Source: Candidatus Cloacimonadales bacterium (lineage in GTDB: Bacteria; Cloacimonadota; Cloacimonadia; Cloacimonadales; JAFGVF01). Taken from it: a DNA stretch of 64,000 nucleotides. The stretch is from positions 416,001 to 480,000 of the forward strand of contig OY759729.1 of NCBI GenBank assembly GCA_963662585.1, read 5' to 3'. Positions 19,590-30,645 of the stretch are shown piece after piece. Numbering within the stretch: the stretch's first letter is position 1; every line of letters begins with the position of its first letter. The position numbers and the translations under genes were made by a program. The notes under the pieces were generated by a model. It ran no database searches. It saw nothing but the letters and a program-made list of their open reading frames with translations, and had not been told where the DNA came from.

Positions 19590-21023
19590 CTACCATCCTG
19601 CTTTAGAGACTTTCCAATTCCCCTTCATATAGAGAGAAACAGCAATAATTACACCCGCAGTATTACTTACAACCATAGCCCACCAAAGAGCTTCATACTG
19701 ATAGGGTGCTAATAAAGTTCCCAGATATATTATTTCATCTTCTAAAAAAGAAAACCAGTGCAAATCTTTTCCAATAAAATAACCAGCAAAAATATAAGCA
19801 AGAGGAATTCTAAACATCCATAATCTGCTTACATTAAAAGCCATGGTCGACTTAGAATGTCCTGCTCCGTTAAATACACCCATAAATACCATAAGAATCC
19901 CAAAAATCCAAGTAGCATAGGCAGAGATTTTAAACATCCTCTCCCCTACTTCAATAACACTAACTTCATCGACAAAGAATCTGATTAATTCACTTCCATA
20001 GTTATAGATAAAGATGCAACCAACTGTCATGATACTCATCACTAACAACATAGCATAATGTACACTTTTCACTGCTCTTTCTTCTTTTTCTGCTCCTAAA
20101 TTCTGTCCTACAAAAGATGAAAGAGCACTACTGATTCCCATAGCTGGTAACATAAAGATTCCTACCATTCTATTACCTATGGAATTAGCTGAGATCACAG
20201 TAGTTCCAAAGGAATTAACTAATCCCTGCACAAGTAAAAAACCTAATGAAGTTGTCGATTGTCCTATAGATGCTGGAAGTCCTATCTGGAAAATATTAGC
20301 TAAAACACTTTTGCTAGGGATCATATCTTGCCAAGAAGGTATTAGTTCTTTGTATTTTCTGATAAAAATAAAGAAAGCTATTAGAGAAGCAATAATCCTA
20401 CTTATTAAAGTAGCAATAGCAGCTCCTTTCACACCCATTTTAGGGAAAAAAGCAATACCAAAAATCATTAAGGGGTCTAAAATCAAATTAACGCCTACAG
20501 TAATTACTTGTACTAGCATGGGAGTAACACTATCTCCAAAGGCAGTTGTAATACTCTGAAAAATCATAAAAAACATCATTGCAATCATACCATAGAGAAT
20601 ATAAGTTATATAAGTATGAGCATCACTGAGGATTTCGGGTGGAGTTTGTAGCAACTTAAGAAAAGTAGGTATCAGGGTATTAGTAATAACTATCAAAATA
20701 ACTGCAAATACTAACAAGATTGGTACAAACTGACCTATGGCCAATTTTATCTTCTTAGTATCATTCATGCCCTTGAATTTAGATACAATAGCTGTTCCTG
20801 CCACTGTAAAACCAGCAGCAAAAGACATTATAAAGAAGCTAAGCGGGAAGGTCATACCTGTTACTGCTACTGCCTCTTTAGCTCCACTAGCAATCTTCCC
20901 CAGCCAAAATGTATCTACTAAATTATACAAAGTACCCATAAAATTAGATAGCATAATGGGAAGTGAGAGAAAAATCAAACTTTTTAGTATATTACCCTCA
21001 GTTAAATTTATATTTTTTTTCAT
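19590..21023 (-). CDS. MATE family efflux transporter
   Basis: LYNLVDTFW, NLILDPLMIFG, GVKGAAIAT, GQNLGA. Confidence 0.95.
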   Translation of the reverse strand: MKKNINLTEGNILKSLIFLSLPIMLSNFMGTLYNLVDTFWLGKIASGAKEAVAVTGMTFPLSFFIMSFAAGFTVAGTAIVSKFKGMNDTKKIKLAIGQFVPILLVFAVILIVITNTLIPTFLKLLQTPPEILSDAHTYITYILYGMIAMMFFMIFQSITTAFGDSVTPMLVQVITVGVNLILDPLMIFGIAFFPKMGVKGAAIATLISRIIASLIAFFIFIRKYKELIPSWQDMIPSKSVLANIFQIGLPASIGQSTTSLGFLLVQGLVNSFGTTVISANSIGNRMVGIFMLPAMGISSALSSFVGQNLGAEKEERAVKSVHYAMLLVMSIMTVGCIFIYNYGSELIRFFVDEVSVIEVGERMFKISAYATWIFGILMVFMGVFNGAGHSKSTMAFNVSRLWMFRIPLAYIFAGYFIGKDLHWFSFLEDEIIYLGTLLAPYQYEALWWAMVVSNTAGVIIAVSLYMKGNWKVSKAGW

Positions 21024-21232
21024 AGTTTTTCCTTACTTCCAATTAATTAAACCTATGTTATAGTGTCAACAAATTTGTTAATCTTCTTGTTAAAATCACC
21101 AATTTAAACTTTTTCCATTATTACAATAACTACTGTGTTCCTAGCATTATTTTTTTAAAGCACCTAATATTATCATTGACATCATATTTCAATATTGAGA
21201 AATGGAAACATTATTATAAAGGAATTAGTCTT

Positions 21233-21793
21233 ATGAATATAAAAAAAGTCGCTTTGTTTATCAGTTTTATTGCCCTTTTCTCTTCTCTATCCGCTACTGA
21301 ATTTGGAAAAGATATTACTCTCTACTTGCAAGAACAAGGAATTCCTAAACAACTTATTGTAGTATTGATCTCCATGCTCCCAATAGTAGAATTAAGAGGG
21401 GCTATTCCAGTTGCTATCGGTCTTCTCGGTATGAGCTGGTGGGAATCACTAATTTTTGCCATAATTGGTAATATGATTCCAATTCCTTTCGTTCTCCTCT
21501 TCATGGAAAAAATAACAATTATATTGAATAAATGGTCCTTTACTCGCAATTTACTAACTAAGATTTTTGCTCGAACCCGCAGTAAAAGCAAAGTTATTGA
21601 ACGCTACCAAGAAATTGGATTAACTCTCTTTGTGGCAATTCCACTTCCTGTAACAGGAGCCTGGACTGGCTCTCTAGCAGCCTATATTTTTGGACTAAAG
21701 TTTTGGAAATCATTAGCTTGTGCTCTTGCTGGTGTTACTATTGCTGGAGTAATAATGACAATTCTATCACTGGGCTTGGTATCAATTTTTTAA
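21233..21793 (+). CDS. Small multidrug export (COG2426-like) membrane protein
   Basis: ISMLPIVELRGAIP and FVAIPLPVTGAWTG. Start moved to ATG 21233, which follows AAAGGA. Confidence 0.88.
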   Translation: MNIKKVALFISFIALFSSLSATEFGKDITLYLQEQGIPKQLIVVLISMLPIVELRGAIPVAIGLLGMSWWESLIFAIIGNMIPIPFVLLFMEKITIILNKWSFTRNLLTKIFARTRSKSKVIERYQEIGLTLFVAIPLPVTGAWTGSLAAYIFGLKFWKSLACALAGVTIAGVIMTILSLGLVSIF

Positions 21794-21832
21794 TTTTCCT
21801 ATTCCTATCGTATTTTCTTCTTTCTCTTCTCT

Positions 21833-21904
21833 TTCTTTGCTCCTTCTCACTGAAGCCAAAGATTATTCAAAGTTTACTTGAGATTACAGTTGAGGAGCAA
21901 GGAA
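21833..21904. repeat. Dispersed long-hairpin element, copy A
   Basis: TTCTTTGCTCCTTCTCACTG...CAGTTGAGGAGCAAGGAA; related copies at 37352 and 57149. Confidence 0.55.
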
Positions 21905-22140
21905 AAAGCAAGGGACTAGAACTGAAGTAAATCTGACAAGCAGGCTAAAAAATGATTTAAAACCCCACTTGCTGGGCAGTCACCCCTCTTCTCCTGAAGG
22001 GAATAAAACACATCGCCTTCCACGACCTCTTAAACTCCCCCCCTTTAGTGCTGAAGGCAGGCTAAAAGAGGGCTATCATCGTAGATGACAGGGCCTTTCT
22101 TATCTTCTTAATTTCACTCTTTTACATTTATTTAAAGAAA

Positions 22141-22185
22141 TAGTTTGACATTCAAGCTAAACTAATTAGTTTGACTATCAAACAA
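22141..22185 (+). promoter_or_regulatory. Two MarR-type operator palindromes overlapping the promoter
   Basis: TAGTTTGA-cat-TCAAGCTA (22141-22159, contains TTGACA) and TAGTTTGA-cta-TCAAACAA (22167-22185). Confidence 0.7.
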
Positions 22186-22204
22186 TATAAATATAGGAAA
22201 TATC

Positions 22205-22612
22205 ATGAGAGACTTAAGTAAGAATTTAATTGAATTTTATGACAAGTTAGCTTCTTGGGAGAATGAAACAGTTAGAGATAGTGGAATGACACTCCAACAG
22301 ATGCATACTTTAGATGTGATTGGTTCTAATAAAGGAATCAGAATGAAGGAAATTACAGAAAAGTTGGGTATCGTCACCGGGACTTTAACAGTTATGATTG
22401 ATAGATTAACCAAATTAGAACTAGTTGAGAGAGTAGTTAATGCCAATGATAAAAGATCATTTTATATAGAATTAACTGAAAAGGGAAGTAAATTATATCA
22501 AGAACATGCCCATCATCATGATATGTTAGCTGAAGAATTAACCCATGACTTAAATTCAGAAGAAAAAGAGATATTAAATAAGATTATAGAAAAAATATTA
22601 AGGAGATTTTAA
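22205..22612 (+). CDS. MarR-family regulator with a His-rich C-terminal helix
   Basis: wHTH (TGTLTVMIDRL...LVER...DKRS...LTEKG), then EHAHHHD. Confidence 0.92.
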   Translation: MRDLSKNLIEFYDKLASWENETVRDSGMTLQQMHTLDVIGSNKGIRMKEITEKLGIVTGTLTVMIDRLTKLELVERVVNANDKRSFYIELTEKGSKLYQEHAHHHDMLAEELTHDLNSEEKEILNKIIEKILRRF

Positions 22613-23515
22613 ATGAAATGCCATATTTTACACAAGGATATATCCAACCAGAAGAATCAAAACAAAACAATAATTGTAATAATCATCTCAGCAGTGATGA
22701 TGGTAGCTGAGATAATCGCCGGAATGCTATATGGCTCAATGGCGCTTTTATCAGATGGTATCCACATGGGTACTCATGTGCTAGCTCTAATGATAACACT
22801 ATTTGCTTATGTAATTACTAAAAAACAAGCTGAAAATACCAAATTTACTTTTGGTACAGGTAAAATCGGTGTCTTAGGTGGATACACCTCCGCAATTGCC
22901 CTCTTAATAGCAGCCTTTGTTATGATTGGAGAGTCTGTTCATAGACTATTTAATCCAGTTGAAATTGGCTTCAATATCTCATTAACTGTAGCAATTATTG
23001 GTTTAATAGTTAATTTTGCTTGTGCTCTTATTCTTAAAGATGATCATGGACACAGTCACGGACATGATCACGGGCATGACCACCATGGTGAACATGAGCA
23101 CAAAGAAGACCATAATCTAAAGGCGGCCTACCTGCATGTTATCGCTGATGCTCTTACTTCTGTTGGTGCTATTATTGCTCTAATAGGTGCTAAATACTTG
23201 AATTTAGTTTGGTTAGACCCGATAGTTGGTATCGTAGGTGCTGGCATTATTATCAAATGGGGTATCGGACTTCTTAAAACTACTGGAAAAATATTAGTAG
23301 ATTTCGATGATGACCAATCTTTAAGAAATGAAATAATAGATTTAGTTAAAGCTAATAATCTTCAAGTTAATGATATCCATATTTGGGACATCCTGAATGG
23401 TGATAAAGCTGTTATCTGCTCTATTAATGCTCAAGATTTAGAAAAATGTGCTGAGATAAAAAAGCAAATCCTAACAAACAAAAAGATAAAACATCTGACT
23501 ATTGAGTGTGTTTAA
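22613..23515 (+). CDS. dmeF: CDF Co/Ni/Zn efflux transporter, DmeF-like
   Basis: SMALLSDGIHMGTH, FTFGTGK, His-rich loop, DHNLKAAYLHVIADALTS. Confidence 0.88.
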   Translation: MKCHILHKDISNQKNQNKTIIVIIISAVMMVAEIIAGMLYGSMALLSDGIHMGTHVLALMITLFAYVITKKQAENTKFTFGTGKIGVLGGYTSAIALLIAAFVMIGESVHRLFNPVEIGFNISLTVAIIGLIVNFACALILKDDHGHSHGHDHGHDHHGEHEHKEDHNLKAAYLHVIADALTSVGAIIALIGAKYLNLVWLDPIVGIVGAGIIIKWGIGLLKTTGKILVDFDDDQSLRNEIIDLVKANNLQVNDIHIWDILNGDKAVICSINAQDLEKCAEIKKQILTNKKIKHLTIECV

Positions 23516-24251
23516 ATAATTTAGGGGCTTAATAATTAGGTCCCTATTTTTATTTCTTTCATAAAAATGATTCCCTGTAAATTATTTTTAAGAAACTAAA
23601 CACCATATTTCAGCTTATCCCAAATATTAATATCAACGAAAGAGATAATAGGCAATTACCATATTATCTCAATCGTCGATGGGAGAGTCATCTACATTTT
23701 GTGTCATCATAAATATAGACGGAAAAAACTTTAAATTTCACACAAGTTTACACTAATATTCTATCTTTCATACGCTTACAAGCATTCAGCGAATTTATCA
23801 TAGTTCTAGATCTTCTAGAATTGTGTTTCCCTACTAATATAGAGTCAAAAACAAGGCATATGTCATTGAAAATCTCACATCTTATTGCTTTACTGTATCT
23901 TATGGAGCTACAGTTAATAAAGTTTAATTATGCTTTGCTTGTAGGAAGAATGTTCATTTCAGAAAGAACGGCGATTAGGAGTTAATTCTATTTCCCATAA
24001 AGTTGCTTAAAATATGCCTTGAATTATTCTTTTGCATCACCTTGCAGAATATTTCTCTACAATAATTCCTATAAAACTCAAAAAGAGACAATTATTTTTC
24101 TTATTTTATAGTCTTATTTTCCAGTAATATAACTAAATTAGTCTAAATAATTTTTAAAAATAAATTAAAAAAGTATTGACACAAAAGCAAGGGTTTTATA
24201 AAAAGGTTAAACATCGTTACTGATGATAGATATTTGAAATAAAAAATCTTT

Positions 24252-24328
24252 GGGGGCGTAGTTCAGTTGGTTAGAACGTCTGCCTGTCACGCAGAAGGTC
24301 GCGAGTTCGAGTCCCGTCGCTCCCGCCA
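24252..24328 (+). tRNA. tRNA-Asp(GTC), copy 1
   Basis: 77-nt cloverleaf, anticodon loop CTGTCAC, TTCGA T-loop, encoded CCA. Confidence 0.97.
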
Positions 24329-24385
24329 TTTCTAATTTAGAAATGAAAAAGATTTTAAGATATAGTTAATAAAGAATCCCTATTC

Positions 24386-24462
24386 GGGGGCGTAGTTCAG
24401 TTGGTTAGAACGTCTGCCTGTCACGCAGAAGGTCGCGAGTTCGAGTCCCGTCGCTCCCGCCA
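24386..24462 (+). tRNA. tRNA-Asp(GTC), copy 2
   Basis: Identical to copy 1. Confidence 0.97.
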
Positions 24463-24498
24463 TTTTTTATTAACGCAAAATTTCCCAAAACAGATGTT

Positions 24499-24575
24499 GG
24501 GGGCGTAGTTCAGTTGGTTAGAACGTCTGCCTGTCACGCAGAAGGTCGCGAGTTCGAGTCCCGTCGCTCCCGCCA
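24499..24575 (+). tRNA. tRNA-Asp(GTC), copy 3
   Basis: Identical to copy 1. Confidence 0.97.
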
Positions 24576-24582
24576 GAATTTT

Positions 24583-24609
24583 AAGCCGTTAGTAATAACG
24601 GCTTTTTTT
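24583..24609 (+). terminator. tRNA operon terminator
   Basis: AAGCCGTTA-gtaa-TAACGGCTT followed by a T-run. Confidence 0.8.
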
Positions 24610-24623
24610 ACATATAGAGAGAA

Positions 24624-25868
24624 ATGAAAATATATAATTTAATTTATCGTCCAATATCAAATTTTATAGGCCTGCTCCTCTTCCCTATTGCTTTATTTAA
24701 CAAGAGATTAAAAGAGCATACAGCAAGCCTAATTCCAAGTTTTAGTAATTCAATCTGGATTCATGCTTCTTCAGTGGGTGAAATCAATGGGTTAAAACCT
24801 TTCATCCACAAAATTCTAGAGATTTATCCTCAAGAGAATATAATTATTACAACTATGACTCCTACTGGGAGAAAAGTAGCCCAAGATATATCTCCTAGAA
24901 TCACAACCAGCTTAGTTCCCTTTGATTCTGCAATTTATGTTAAGAAGTTTATCAAGAAGATAAAACCTAAGATATTACTTTTAGCTGAAACAGAATTGTG
25001 GTTCTCTATGATTAACGAATGTGCAAAATTAGAAATTCCAATTATTCTGTCCAATGCCAGACTCTCCAACCGTTCATTTCCGCGATATCTAAAACATAAA
25101 AAGATATTTACTCCTCTAATTCAGAAGATTGAGATTATTTTAGCTCAATCAGAATTAGATAAAGAGAGATTTGAGCAGTTAGGAGCTAGCAAAGTTACCC
25201 TTGGTGGAAACCTAAAATTCTGTGTTAATCTTCCCAAGTATAACGCTGAAGAATTACGCCATAAATATGGATATACAGAAGATGATACCATCATCACTTG
25301 GGGTTCATCGCGTCCAGGTGAAGAAGTCATAATGATTAATAGTTTTTTCAAACTTAGAGAAGATTATCCCAATCTCAAATTAATTCTAGTGCTTAGACAT
25401 ATCACCAGGATTAAGGAAGTAGAATCTATTTTAGAAGCGAATGACTACTCAACCCTGAGCAACTTTACAGCTGGTAAAGCAATTTTACTAGTTGATTCAA
25501 TGGGAGTTCTTAACAAATTTTATGCTATAAGTGACATTAGTATAGTGGGCGGTTCTTTTTGTGACTTTGGCGGACATAATCCTTTAGAACCAGCTTTTTA
25601 TTCTAAGCCAACAATTATTGGACAATATCATTCTTCCTGTCAAGATAGTGTAGATAAGCTCTCTGACAACAACGCAATAATAATTAGTAGTGAAGAGAAA
25701 TTAGAAAGTGATATACGCTTTATGATTGAGAATTATACTTCCACAAAAGCTATTGGTGATAAAGCTCATACAACACTAAATATGCATGCTAATGCTTTAG
25801 AAAATAATCTCAGAGAATTTAATAAAATCTTTCAAAGAATTTCCTCTTCAGCTCAGTTGAGTGATTAA
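24624..25868 (+). CDS. waaA: Kdo transferase
   Basis: IWIHASSVGE, ETELW, NARLS, GNLKF, GGHNPLEPA. Confidence 0.95.
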   Translation: MKIYNLIYRPISNFIGLLLFPIALFNKRLKEHTASLIPSFSNSIWIHASSVGEINGLKPFIHKILEIYPQENIIITTMTPTGRKVAQDISPRITTSLVPFDSAIYVKKFIKKIKPKILLLAETELWFSMINECAKLEIPIILSNARLSNRSFPRYLKHKKIFTPLIQKIEIILAQSELDKERFEQLGASKVTLGGNLKFCVNLPKYNAEELRHKYGYTEDDTIITWGSSRPGEEVIMINSFFKLREDYPNLKLILVLRHITRIKEVESILEANDYSTLSNFTAGKAILLVDSMGVLNKFYAISDISIVGGSFCDFGGHNPLEPAFYSKPTIIGQYHSSCQDSVDKLSDNNAIIISSEEKLESDIRFMIENYTSTKAIGDKAHTTLNMHANALENNLREFNKIFQRISSSAQLSD

Positions 25869-26260
25869 TGAAAAAAAAATCATATTCCAAAATATTAAAG
25901 AAAACTTTTAGCTTTTTCACTATTAGTGACATATTAATTACTCTTACTATCTTAGCTATTGCTATTTTCCTATTTTTCAGCAACCTAAAGAGCGATAATC
26001 AGCTTGTGAGAATCAACTATCAAAATAAACTATTCGGAGAATATAGATTAAGTGAAGCAAGAATTATAAAAATTTCAGATGATATAGAAATAGAGATTTC
26101 CCATAATAAAGTAAGAATGTTAAAGAACAACTGTCCTAATCAGCTATGTGTTAAACAAGGTTGGACTAGTAACTTCCCTATTATCTGCGTTCCTAACCAA
26201 GTGGAAATCATCATTATTGATCATAAAAAGAAAAATGAAATCCATCAAATTTTAAAATAG
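25868..26260 (+). CDS. NusG domain II-containing membrane-anchored protein
   Basis: TM helix followed by CPNQLCVKQG...PIICVPN. Confidence 0.85.
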   Translation: MKKKSYSKILKKTFSFFTISDILITLTILAIAIFLFFSNLKSDNQLVRINYQNKLFGEYRLSEARIIKISDDIEIEISHNKVRMLKNNCPNQLCVKQGWTSNFPIICVPNQVEIIIIDHKKKNEIHQILK

Positions 26261-26270
26261 GGTAAATATT

Positions 26271-27842
26271 ATGAGTAACAAATTACTAGCTAAAAATATT
26301 AGTATTATGTCCCTTGCTGTATCTCTAAGTCGCCTCTTAGGCTTAGTGCGGGACCAAGTAATGGGATTCTTTTTTGGAGCAAGCTACTTAAATGATGCTT
26401 TCCAGATTTCCATTAATATTCCCAACTTGTTAAGAAGACTCTTCGGAGAAGGTGCTCTCTCTGCTGCTTTTGTCCCTATCTATAATAAAATTGGACTGCA
26501 AAAAGGCAGAGAAGAACAGATTAAGTTCGCCTTGAATATGCTTTCGCTCTTAACCCTGTTTCTGACTATTCTTACCATCATAGGAGTGGTTTTTGCTCCC
26601 ACTATAGTAAGACTCATCTCTCCTGGCTTACCTGAAAAGACAGCACTTCTAACCATTAAATTAACCAGATTGCTCTTCCCTTATCTCTTCTTTATTGGAC
26701 TATCTTCTACCATGATTTCTATTTTAAATTCTCATAATAAATTCTTTATGACTGGATTATCTTCAGGACTATACAACTTTGGAATCATCGGAGCAATTGT
26801 TATTCCTTTCTTTATCTTCAAGTTAGATTCTGAAGCCTTAATCTACTGGGCTAGTATTGGAGTTTTAATCGGAGGATTCTTACAAACAGTAATTAACTTT
26901 CCTTTCCTAAAGCAGGTTGGCTATAAATTTAGAATCTATATTAATCTCCACAGTGATAATCTCAAAATCCTAGGGCAAAGATTTATTCCGGGTGTTATCG
27001 GAATTGGTGTCAGGCAGATAAATCTCTTAGCTGATATCTATTTTGCTAGTTTTTTACCTCTTGGAGCTATTACCTGTCTTCGCTATGGAGCAAGATTGAT
27101 GCAGATGCCTCTGGGGATTTTCGGTATCTCTGCTAGTACAGCTGTTCTCCCACTTTTCTCCCAACTTATAACAGAAAAGAATTGGGAAGAATTATCAGAA
27201 AGAATTAGATTCACAGCAATATCACTTATTTATCTACTAATTCCTGTTACCTTCTTCGTTGCTGGAAGCGGATTGGATATGATAAAAATCCTCTTTGAAA
27301 GAGGTAGTTTTGACTCTATAGCTTCTCAGTTTACTTTTGAAACATTTACTTTCTACTCCCTCGGATTAGTATTCTTCGCCCTAAACCAAACTATTACTCC
27401 TCTCTTCTTTGCAGCAGGAGATACTAAAACTCCCGTGATAATTTCCTCTGTTATGGTAGCAGTTAACATACTCCTAAATCTACTTCTTATCTATTATCTT
27501 AAGCATATCGGAATTGCTTTAGCTACCTCTTTAACAGGTTTTATTCAATTTATTATCTTAATAGTAATTATAACAAAACGCTTCAATAAAATTAAGATTC
27601 GTTCAATTACCCAAAATCTGTTGAAGATATTCTTACTATCAGGGATAATTTATGGCTTAATCTCAATTTCTAATTATTATATAACAGGCAGTAGTTTATT
27701 GCTTTATGCAAGTAGAATTGTCATTAATGGAATAATTTTCCTTCTAATATTAAGTTTTGGTTCTTACTTTATAAAGCTAGAATATGCCGAGATAATTTGG
27801 AATAAATTAAAACTTGCAAAGTTATTTGCTAAAAAAGTTTAA
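26271..27842 (+). CDS. murJ: Lipid II flippase
   Basis: SRLLGLVRD, IPNLLRRLFGEGALSAAFVP, GDTKTP. Confidence 0.95.
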   Translation: MSNKLLAKNISIMSLAVSLSRLLGLVRDQVMGFFFGASYLNDAFQISINIPNLLRRLFGEGALSAAFVPIYNKIGLQKGREEQIKFALNMLSLLTLFLTILTIIGVVFAPTIVRLISPGLPEKTALLTIKLTRLLFPYLFFIGLSSTMISILNSHNKFFMTGLSSGLYNFGIIGAIVIPFFIFKLDSEALIYWASIGVLIGGFLQTVINFPFLKQVGYKFRIYINLHSDNLKILGQRFIPGVIGIGVRQINLLADIYFASFLPLGAITCLRYGARLMQMPLGIFGISASTAVLPLFSQLITEKNWEELSERIRFTAISLIYLLIPVTFFVAGSGLDMIKILFERGSFDSIASQFTFETFTFYSLGLVFFALNQTITPLFFAAGDTKTPVIISSVMVAVNILLNLLLIYYLKHIGIALATSLTGFIQFIILIVIITKRFNKIKIRSITQNLLKIFLLSGIIYGLISISNYYITGSSLLLYASRIVINGIIFLLILSFGSYFIKLEYAEIIWNKLKLAKLFAKKV

Positions 27843-27906
27843 AAAAATATTTACAAAAAGTTGGTGCTGAAAATTATGACAAGCAAATTATGTATGGAGA
27901 AAATAA

Positions 27907-28263
27907 ATGTTTAGATCCTTTTTAATATCTAAAATTCATAGGGCAAGTGTTACCCAAACAGACCTCAATTATGTCGGAAGTATCACAATTGATACTAAAC
28001 TCATCGAAGCTACCGGTATGCAGCTCAATGAAGAAGTATGGATATATAATATAAATAATGGTAATAGATTTAGCACTTATATCATTCCAGGAGAATATGG
28101 ATCTGGAATAATTGGTGTTAATGGTGCTGCTGCTCACATGGTTAACAAAGATGATAAACTTATTATCGTCAATTATGGCTTACTAAGTGAAGAGGAAGCA
28201 AAAAATCACCAACCAACAGTTGTTATTGTAGATGATGACAACAAAATTATAGAGAAAATATAA
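27907..28263 (+). CDS. panD: Aspartate 1-decarboxylase
   Basis: SKIHRA, YVGSITID (Gly-Ser self-cleavage site), NGNRFSTY, NGAAA. Confidence 0.97.
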   Translation: MFRSFLISKIHRASVTQTDLNYVGSITIDTKLIEATGMQLNEEVWIYNINNGNRFSTYIIPGEYGSGIIGVNGAAAHMVNKDDKLIIVNYGLLSEEEAKNHQPTVVIVDDDNKIIEKI

Positions 28264-29096
28264 TGCAGGTTATAGATAGTTTAAAAGAGATTACTCATCT
28301 TTCGAGGAATTGGGATCATAGTCTTAAAATAGGATTTGTTCCTACTATGGGAGCACTTCATATAGGGCATTTAGAGTTAGTGAAACAATCTTTAAGCTCT
28401 TGTGATATCACTATTGTATCTATCTTTGTTAATCCTGCCCAATTTGGACCTAATGAAGATTTTAGCCGCTATCCCAAAACATTTGAAGATGATTATCAAG
28501 CTCTTTTGGAGTTGGGTGTTGATTATATATTCTTACCTAATTCTAGCCAAATGTACCCACAAAACTATAAAACATGGGTCAGCCTTGATAAAATTACTGA
28601 AGTTCTCTGTGGAGCAAGCCGTCCAGGACATTTCACAGGTGTTGCTACTATCGTTCTGAAGTTAGTGAATTTAGTAAGACCAACCCTAATGTTCATGGGT
28701 GAAAAAGACTTCCAACAAGTTGTTGTGCTTGAAACTATGCTAAGAGATTTGAACTTAGAGACAAGAATTGTTCGCTGTCCTATTATCCGAAATGCTTCAG
28801 GATTAGCTTTAAGTTCTCGCAATAGATATCTAACTAATGAAGAAGAAGCTATTGCCCCAGAATTATATAAAGCTCTTAGTGCATGCCGTGCTTCTTATAC
28901 TAAAGGAAATAATGAGCAAGCTACATTGCTTAAGACTCTCAAAGAGAGATTGGAAGACAAAGGTTTCAAAATAGATTATTTAGAGATTGTTGATTCGACT
29001 ACTCTAGAAGGAGTAGATATTGTCCAACGAGGCAATCGTCTAATAGTTGCCGTATTCTTAGGTAATACACGCCTAATTGATAATATCGAAATTTAA
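28263..29096 (+). CDS. panC: Pantoate-beta-alanine ligase
   Basis: FVPTMGALHIGH, SIFVNPAQF, RPGHFTGV, GEKDFQQ, RLIDN. Confidence 0.97.
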   Translation: MQVIDSLKEITHLSRNWDHSLKIGFVPTMGALHIGHLELVKQSLSSCDITIVSIFVNPAQFGPNEDFSRYPKTFEDDYQALLELGVDYIFLPNSSQMYPQNYKTWVSLDKITEVLCGASRPGHFTGVATIVLKLVNLVRPTLMFMGEKDFQQVVVLETMLRDLNLETRIVRCPIIRNASGLALSSRNRYLTNEEEAIAPELYKALSACRASYTKGNNEQATLLKTLKERLEDKGFKIDYLEIVDSTTLEGVDIVQRGNRLIVAVFLGNTRLIDNIEI

Positions 29097-29100
29097 ATTC

Positions 29101-29126
29101 TACCGTTTCGCGACGGTATTTTTTTT
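29101..29126 (+). terminator. Intrinsic terminator
   Basis: TACCGT-ttcgcg-ACGGTA followed by a T-run. Confidence 0.7.
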
Positions 29127-29165
29127 ATGATAAATATTAATAAATAAATATAAAGGTATAATATT

Positions 29166-30626
29166 ATGAGTAAGATTGTAAAAAAGGGATATACATTTGA
29201 TGATGTATTATTAATTCCTCAAAGTTCTGATGTGTTACCAACTACTGTTTCGACAAAAACTTATATTTCCAAGAATGTTCATCTTAATGTGCCAATCATG
29301 AGTGCAGCTATGGATACTGTTACAGAAAGTAAAATGGCTATTGCTATGGCTCGTGAAGGTGGAATAGGTATAATTCATAAAAATATGTCAATTGAAGAAC
29401 AAGCTGAACAGGTAAGAATTGTTAAACGCAATGAGAGTGGAATTATTCTTAAACCTTATACTCTAAATCCTAATGATGAAATAAGAAAAGCTTACGAACT
29501 CAAAAACAATCATAATATTGGTGGATTCCCTGTTATCAAAGATGATAAATTAGTGGGTATTTTAACTAGTAGAGACCTTCAATTTGAACATAACCTAAGC
29601 AAAAAAGTAGCTGAGTTAATGACTAAAAGGGAGAATTTAATTGTAGGTATTGAGGGAATTACTCTTTTAGAAGCTCAAAACTTGATGCACCATCATAGAG
29701 TGGAAAAACTTCCTATCGTTAATAAAGATAATGAATTGCAAGGAATGATTACTATCAGAGATATCAAGAATCATCAAAATTATCCTAATGCAGCTAAAGA
29801 CAAAAAAGATAGACTATTAGTTGGTGCTGCTATTGGTGTTTCAGGTGATTTTTTAGAAAGAGCTATGGAGCTATCAGATAAAGGTGCAGATATTATCGTA
29901 ATAGATACTGCTCATGGTCACCATATCAATATTAGAACTGCACTTACATCTGTAATGGCAAAGATTAAATCTGATGTAATTGCTGGTAATATAGCTACAC
30001 CTGAAGCGGCAAAATACCTTATCGATTGTGGAGCAAGTGCCATTAAAGTAGGAATAGGTCCAGGATCTATCTGTACTACTAGAGTAATAGCAGGGATTGG
30101 TGTTCCTCAACTAACAGCCATAATGGATTGTGCTGAAATTGCTAATAAAAGTGGAATTCCTGTAATAGCAGATGGTGGAATTAAATTCTCTGGTGATATT
30201 GCAAAAGCTATTGGTGGTGGAGCTAATGCTGTAATGCTTGGTTCTCTCTTCGCTGGTACTGATGAATCACCTGGTGAATACATAATCTATAACGGCAGAA
30301 GATTTAAATCTTACAGGGGTATGGGTTCTATCGGAGCAATGCAAAAAGGTTCTAAAGATAGATATTTCCAAGAAGCTACTTCAGATAATCAAAAATTAGT
30401 AGCTGAAGGCATCGAAGGTATGGTACCTTACAAAGGACCATTGAAAGATTATCTTCACCAATTAGTTGGTGGCTTAAGAGCTGGAATGGGATATTGTGGT
30501 GCTGGTTCTATTGAAGAACTTCATAGAAAAGCTAAGTTTATGGAGATATCTGGTGCTGGACTTAAAGAATCTCATCCTCATGATGTTAAAATCACTAAAG
30601 AGACACCTAATTATACTATAGACTAG
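29166..30626 (+). CDS. guaB: IMP dehydrogenase
   Basis: [19 protein letters not shown] pair, [19 protein letters not shown]. Confidence 0.98.
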   Translation: MSKIVKKGYTFDDVLLIPQSSDVLPTTVSTKTYISKNVHLNVPIMSAAMDTVTESKMAIAMAREGGIGIIHKNMSIEEQAEQVRIVKRNESGIILKPYTLNPNDEIRKAYELKNNHNIGGFPVIKDDKLVGILTSRDLQFEHNLSKKVAELMTKRENLIVGIEGITLLEAQNLMHHHRVEKLPIVNKDNELQGMITIRDIKNHQNYPNAAKDKKDRLLVGAAIGVSGDFLERAMELSDKGADIIVIDTAHGHHINIRTALTSVMAKIKSDVIAGNIATPEAAKYLIDCGASAIKVGIGPGSICTTRVIAGIGVPQLTAIMDCAEIANKSGIPVIADGGIKFSGDIAKAIGGGANAVMLGSLFAGTDESPGEYIIYNGRRFKSYRGMGSIGAMQKGSKDRYFQEATSDNQKLVAEGIEGMVPYKGPLKDYLHQLVGGLRAGMGYCGAGSIEELHRKAKFMEISGAGLKESHPHDVKITKETPNYTID

Positions 30627-30645
30627 AAAGAGAATACGAATAATC

